Shown: positions 63,835 through 64,000 of the stretch, one piece after another | Layout of the letters: each line of letters begins with the position of its first letter | Position numbering within the stretch: position 1 is the stretch's first letter | Source: an uncultured Rhodothermales bacterium | GTDB lineage: Bacteria; Bacteroidota; Rhodothermia; Rhodothermales; Rubricoccaceae | Assembly (NCBI GenBank): GCA_964580105.1 | Contig: CAZOJJ010000008.1 | Coordinates: 1,358 to 65,357, forward strand | Direction: 5' to 3' | Length of the DNA: 64,000 nucleotides | Program-made: the position numbers and the translations under genes | The notes under the pieces: model-generated | What the model was told of the DNA's origin: nothing | Database searches by the model: none | The model's input: only the letters and a program-made list of their open reading frames with translations

Positions 63835-64000
63835 TCACTTCCGCTTGCGCAGGCCGTAGACGATCTTGCGGATCGTGTCGAACTGGAGGTAAGGGTGCTG
63901 CTCGCGGAGTTCCTCGATGGCCTCGTAGGCCGGGACGTCGCGGCGGCGGAGCGCACGGAACTTGCGGCGGATCTGGTAGTCGCGGACGCCCTTTTCGCTC
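63835..64000 (-). CDS. Partial small basic protein (C-terminal 54 aa), possibly DNA-binding; the N-terminus lies beyond the right edge
   Basis: Hand translation gives ...SEKGVRDYQIRRKFRALRRRDVPAYEAIEELREQHPYLQFDTIRKIVYGLRKRK, ending at the stop at 63835-63837. It is not in the ORF track because it runs off the edge. Confidence 0.5.
   Translation of the reverse strand, partial: SEKGVRDYQIRRKFRALRRRDVPAYEAIEELREQHPYLQFDTIRKIVYGLRKRK

Overview
High-G+C (about 65-70% by eye) bacterial chromosomal segment. It looks Rhodothermota/Bacteroidota-like: T9SS C-terminal sorting domains, a hybrid sensor kinase with REC and AraC output, a DUF4783-like protein and many lipoproteins. I count about 50 densely packed protein genes, mostly housekeeping: prmA, a Ppx/GppA phosphatase, apbC/mrp, uvrD/pcrA, purK, ftsK, comB, gcvT, ppa, polA, rluD, ptsN, hisS, lgt, rlmB. 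I found no rRNA, tRNA, CRISPR array, transposase or integrase. The ORF track is heavily inflated by G+C-driven shadow ORFs (Arg/Pro/Gly/Ala-rich, antisense to real genes) and by far-upstream alternative starts, so I re-derived most starts by hand and checked them by frame arithmetic. No recognisable multi-gene defence or mobile system is present. The parts worth a second look are: (1) a translationally coupled lysozyme-like / RuvC-like gene pair at 15.5-16.8 kb; (2) an orphan SF2 helicase at 18.5-20.4 kb; (3) a hybrid kinase with a NIDO-like extracytoplasmic sensor (26.8-30.1 kb), followed on the same strand by a four-gene envelope module (23.8-26.6 kb) that includes a low-G+C lipoprotein gene; (4) an orphan PD-(D/E)xK (HsdR_N-like) protein with a low-G+C 3' half beside a long palindromic element (54.2-55.4 kb); (5) an arr-type rifampin ADP-ribosyltransferase; (6) several decayed gene remnants and short tandem repeats at 23.6, 36.2-37.3 and 44.0-44.7 kb; and (7) a secreted protein built from four copies of an unrecognised ~100-aa repeat (2.1-3.8 kb). 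All family assignments come from reading the translated sequence and recalling motifs. No database search was run.
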